From positions 1 through 27,816 of the forward strand of contig JAFVWG010000234.1 of assembly GCA_017501805.1 (NCBI GenBank): 27,816 nt of DNA, read 5' to 3'. The position numbers and the translations under genes were made by a program. Positions 27,773-27,816 of this stretch are shown here, one piece after another (the first letter of the stretch is position 1; each line of letters starts with the position of its first letter). Below the pieces are notes generated by a model that was not told the DNA's origin, ran no database searches, and was given only the letters and a program-made list of their open reading frames with translations. The stretch is from Oscillospiraceae bacterium. GTDB lineage: Bacteria; Bacillota; Clostridia; Oscillospirales; Oscillospiraceae.

Positions 27773-27816
27773 AAAAAACAAGAGACCGAGAAGCGAACTT
27801 CCGCTTCCCCGGTCTC
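27773..27816 (-). terminator. Intrinsic terminator of an upstream off-window gene
   Basis: GAGACCG..GAAGCG/CGCTTC..CGGTCTC hairpin followed on the minus strand by TTGTTTTTT. Confidence 0.65.

Overview
High-GC (roughly 60%) DNA from an anaerobic Clostridia/Oscillospiraceae-like bacterium, judged from gene content and sigma-A/T-box signals, not from a database search. Left: a low-GC gene running off the edge, a short hairpin-spaced repeat array and tRNA-Pro(GGG). Then an AI-2E transporter, a minus-strand housekeeping operon (comEC-holA-rnmV-ABC-F-YdcF) and T-box-controlled alaS plus a HIT gene. The right 15.6 kb is one tightly packed 16-gene minus-strand cluster: rex, a thioredoxin-like [2Fe-2S] ferredoxin, a stand-alone HfsC-like C-terminal domain, an LDH-like malate dehydrogenase, fumC, hdrB-hdrC-hdrA, flxD(mvhD)-flxC-flxB-flxA, a membrane-anchor-less fumarate reductase (FrdB/FrdA-like), an AspT/YidE transporter and pckA. 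It encodes a whole PEP to OAA to malate to fumarate to succinate route. The best candidate for a poorly described system is a soluble, probably electron-bifurcating Flx-Hdr-fumarate reductase, placed behind a regulatory head that seems borrowed from a hydrogenase locus. All functional calls come from motif reading and recalled family knowledge; no searches were run.
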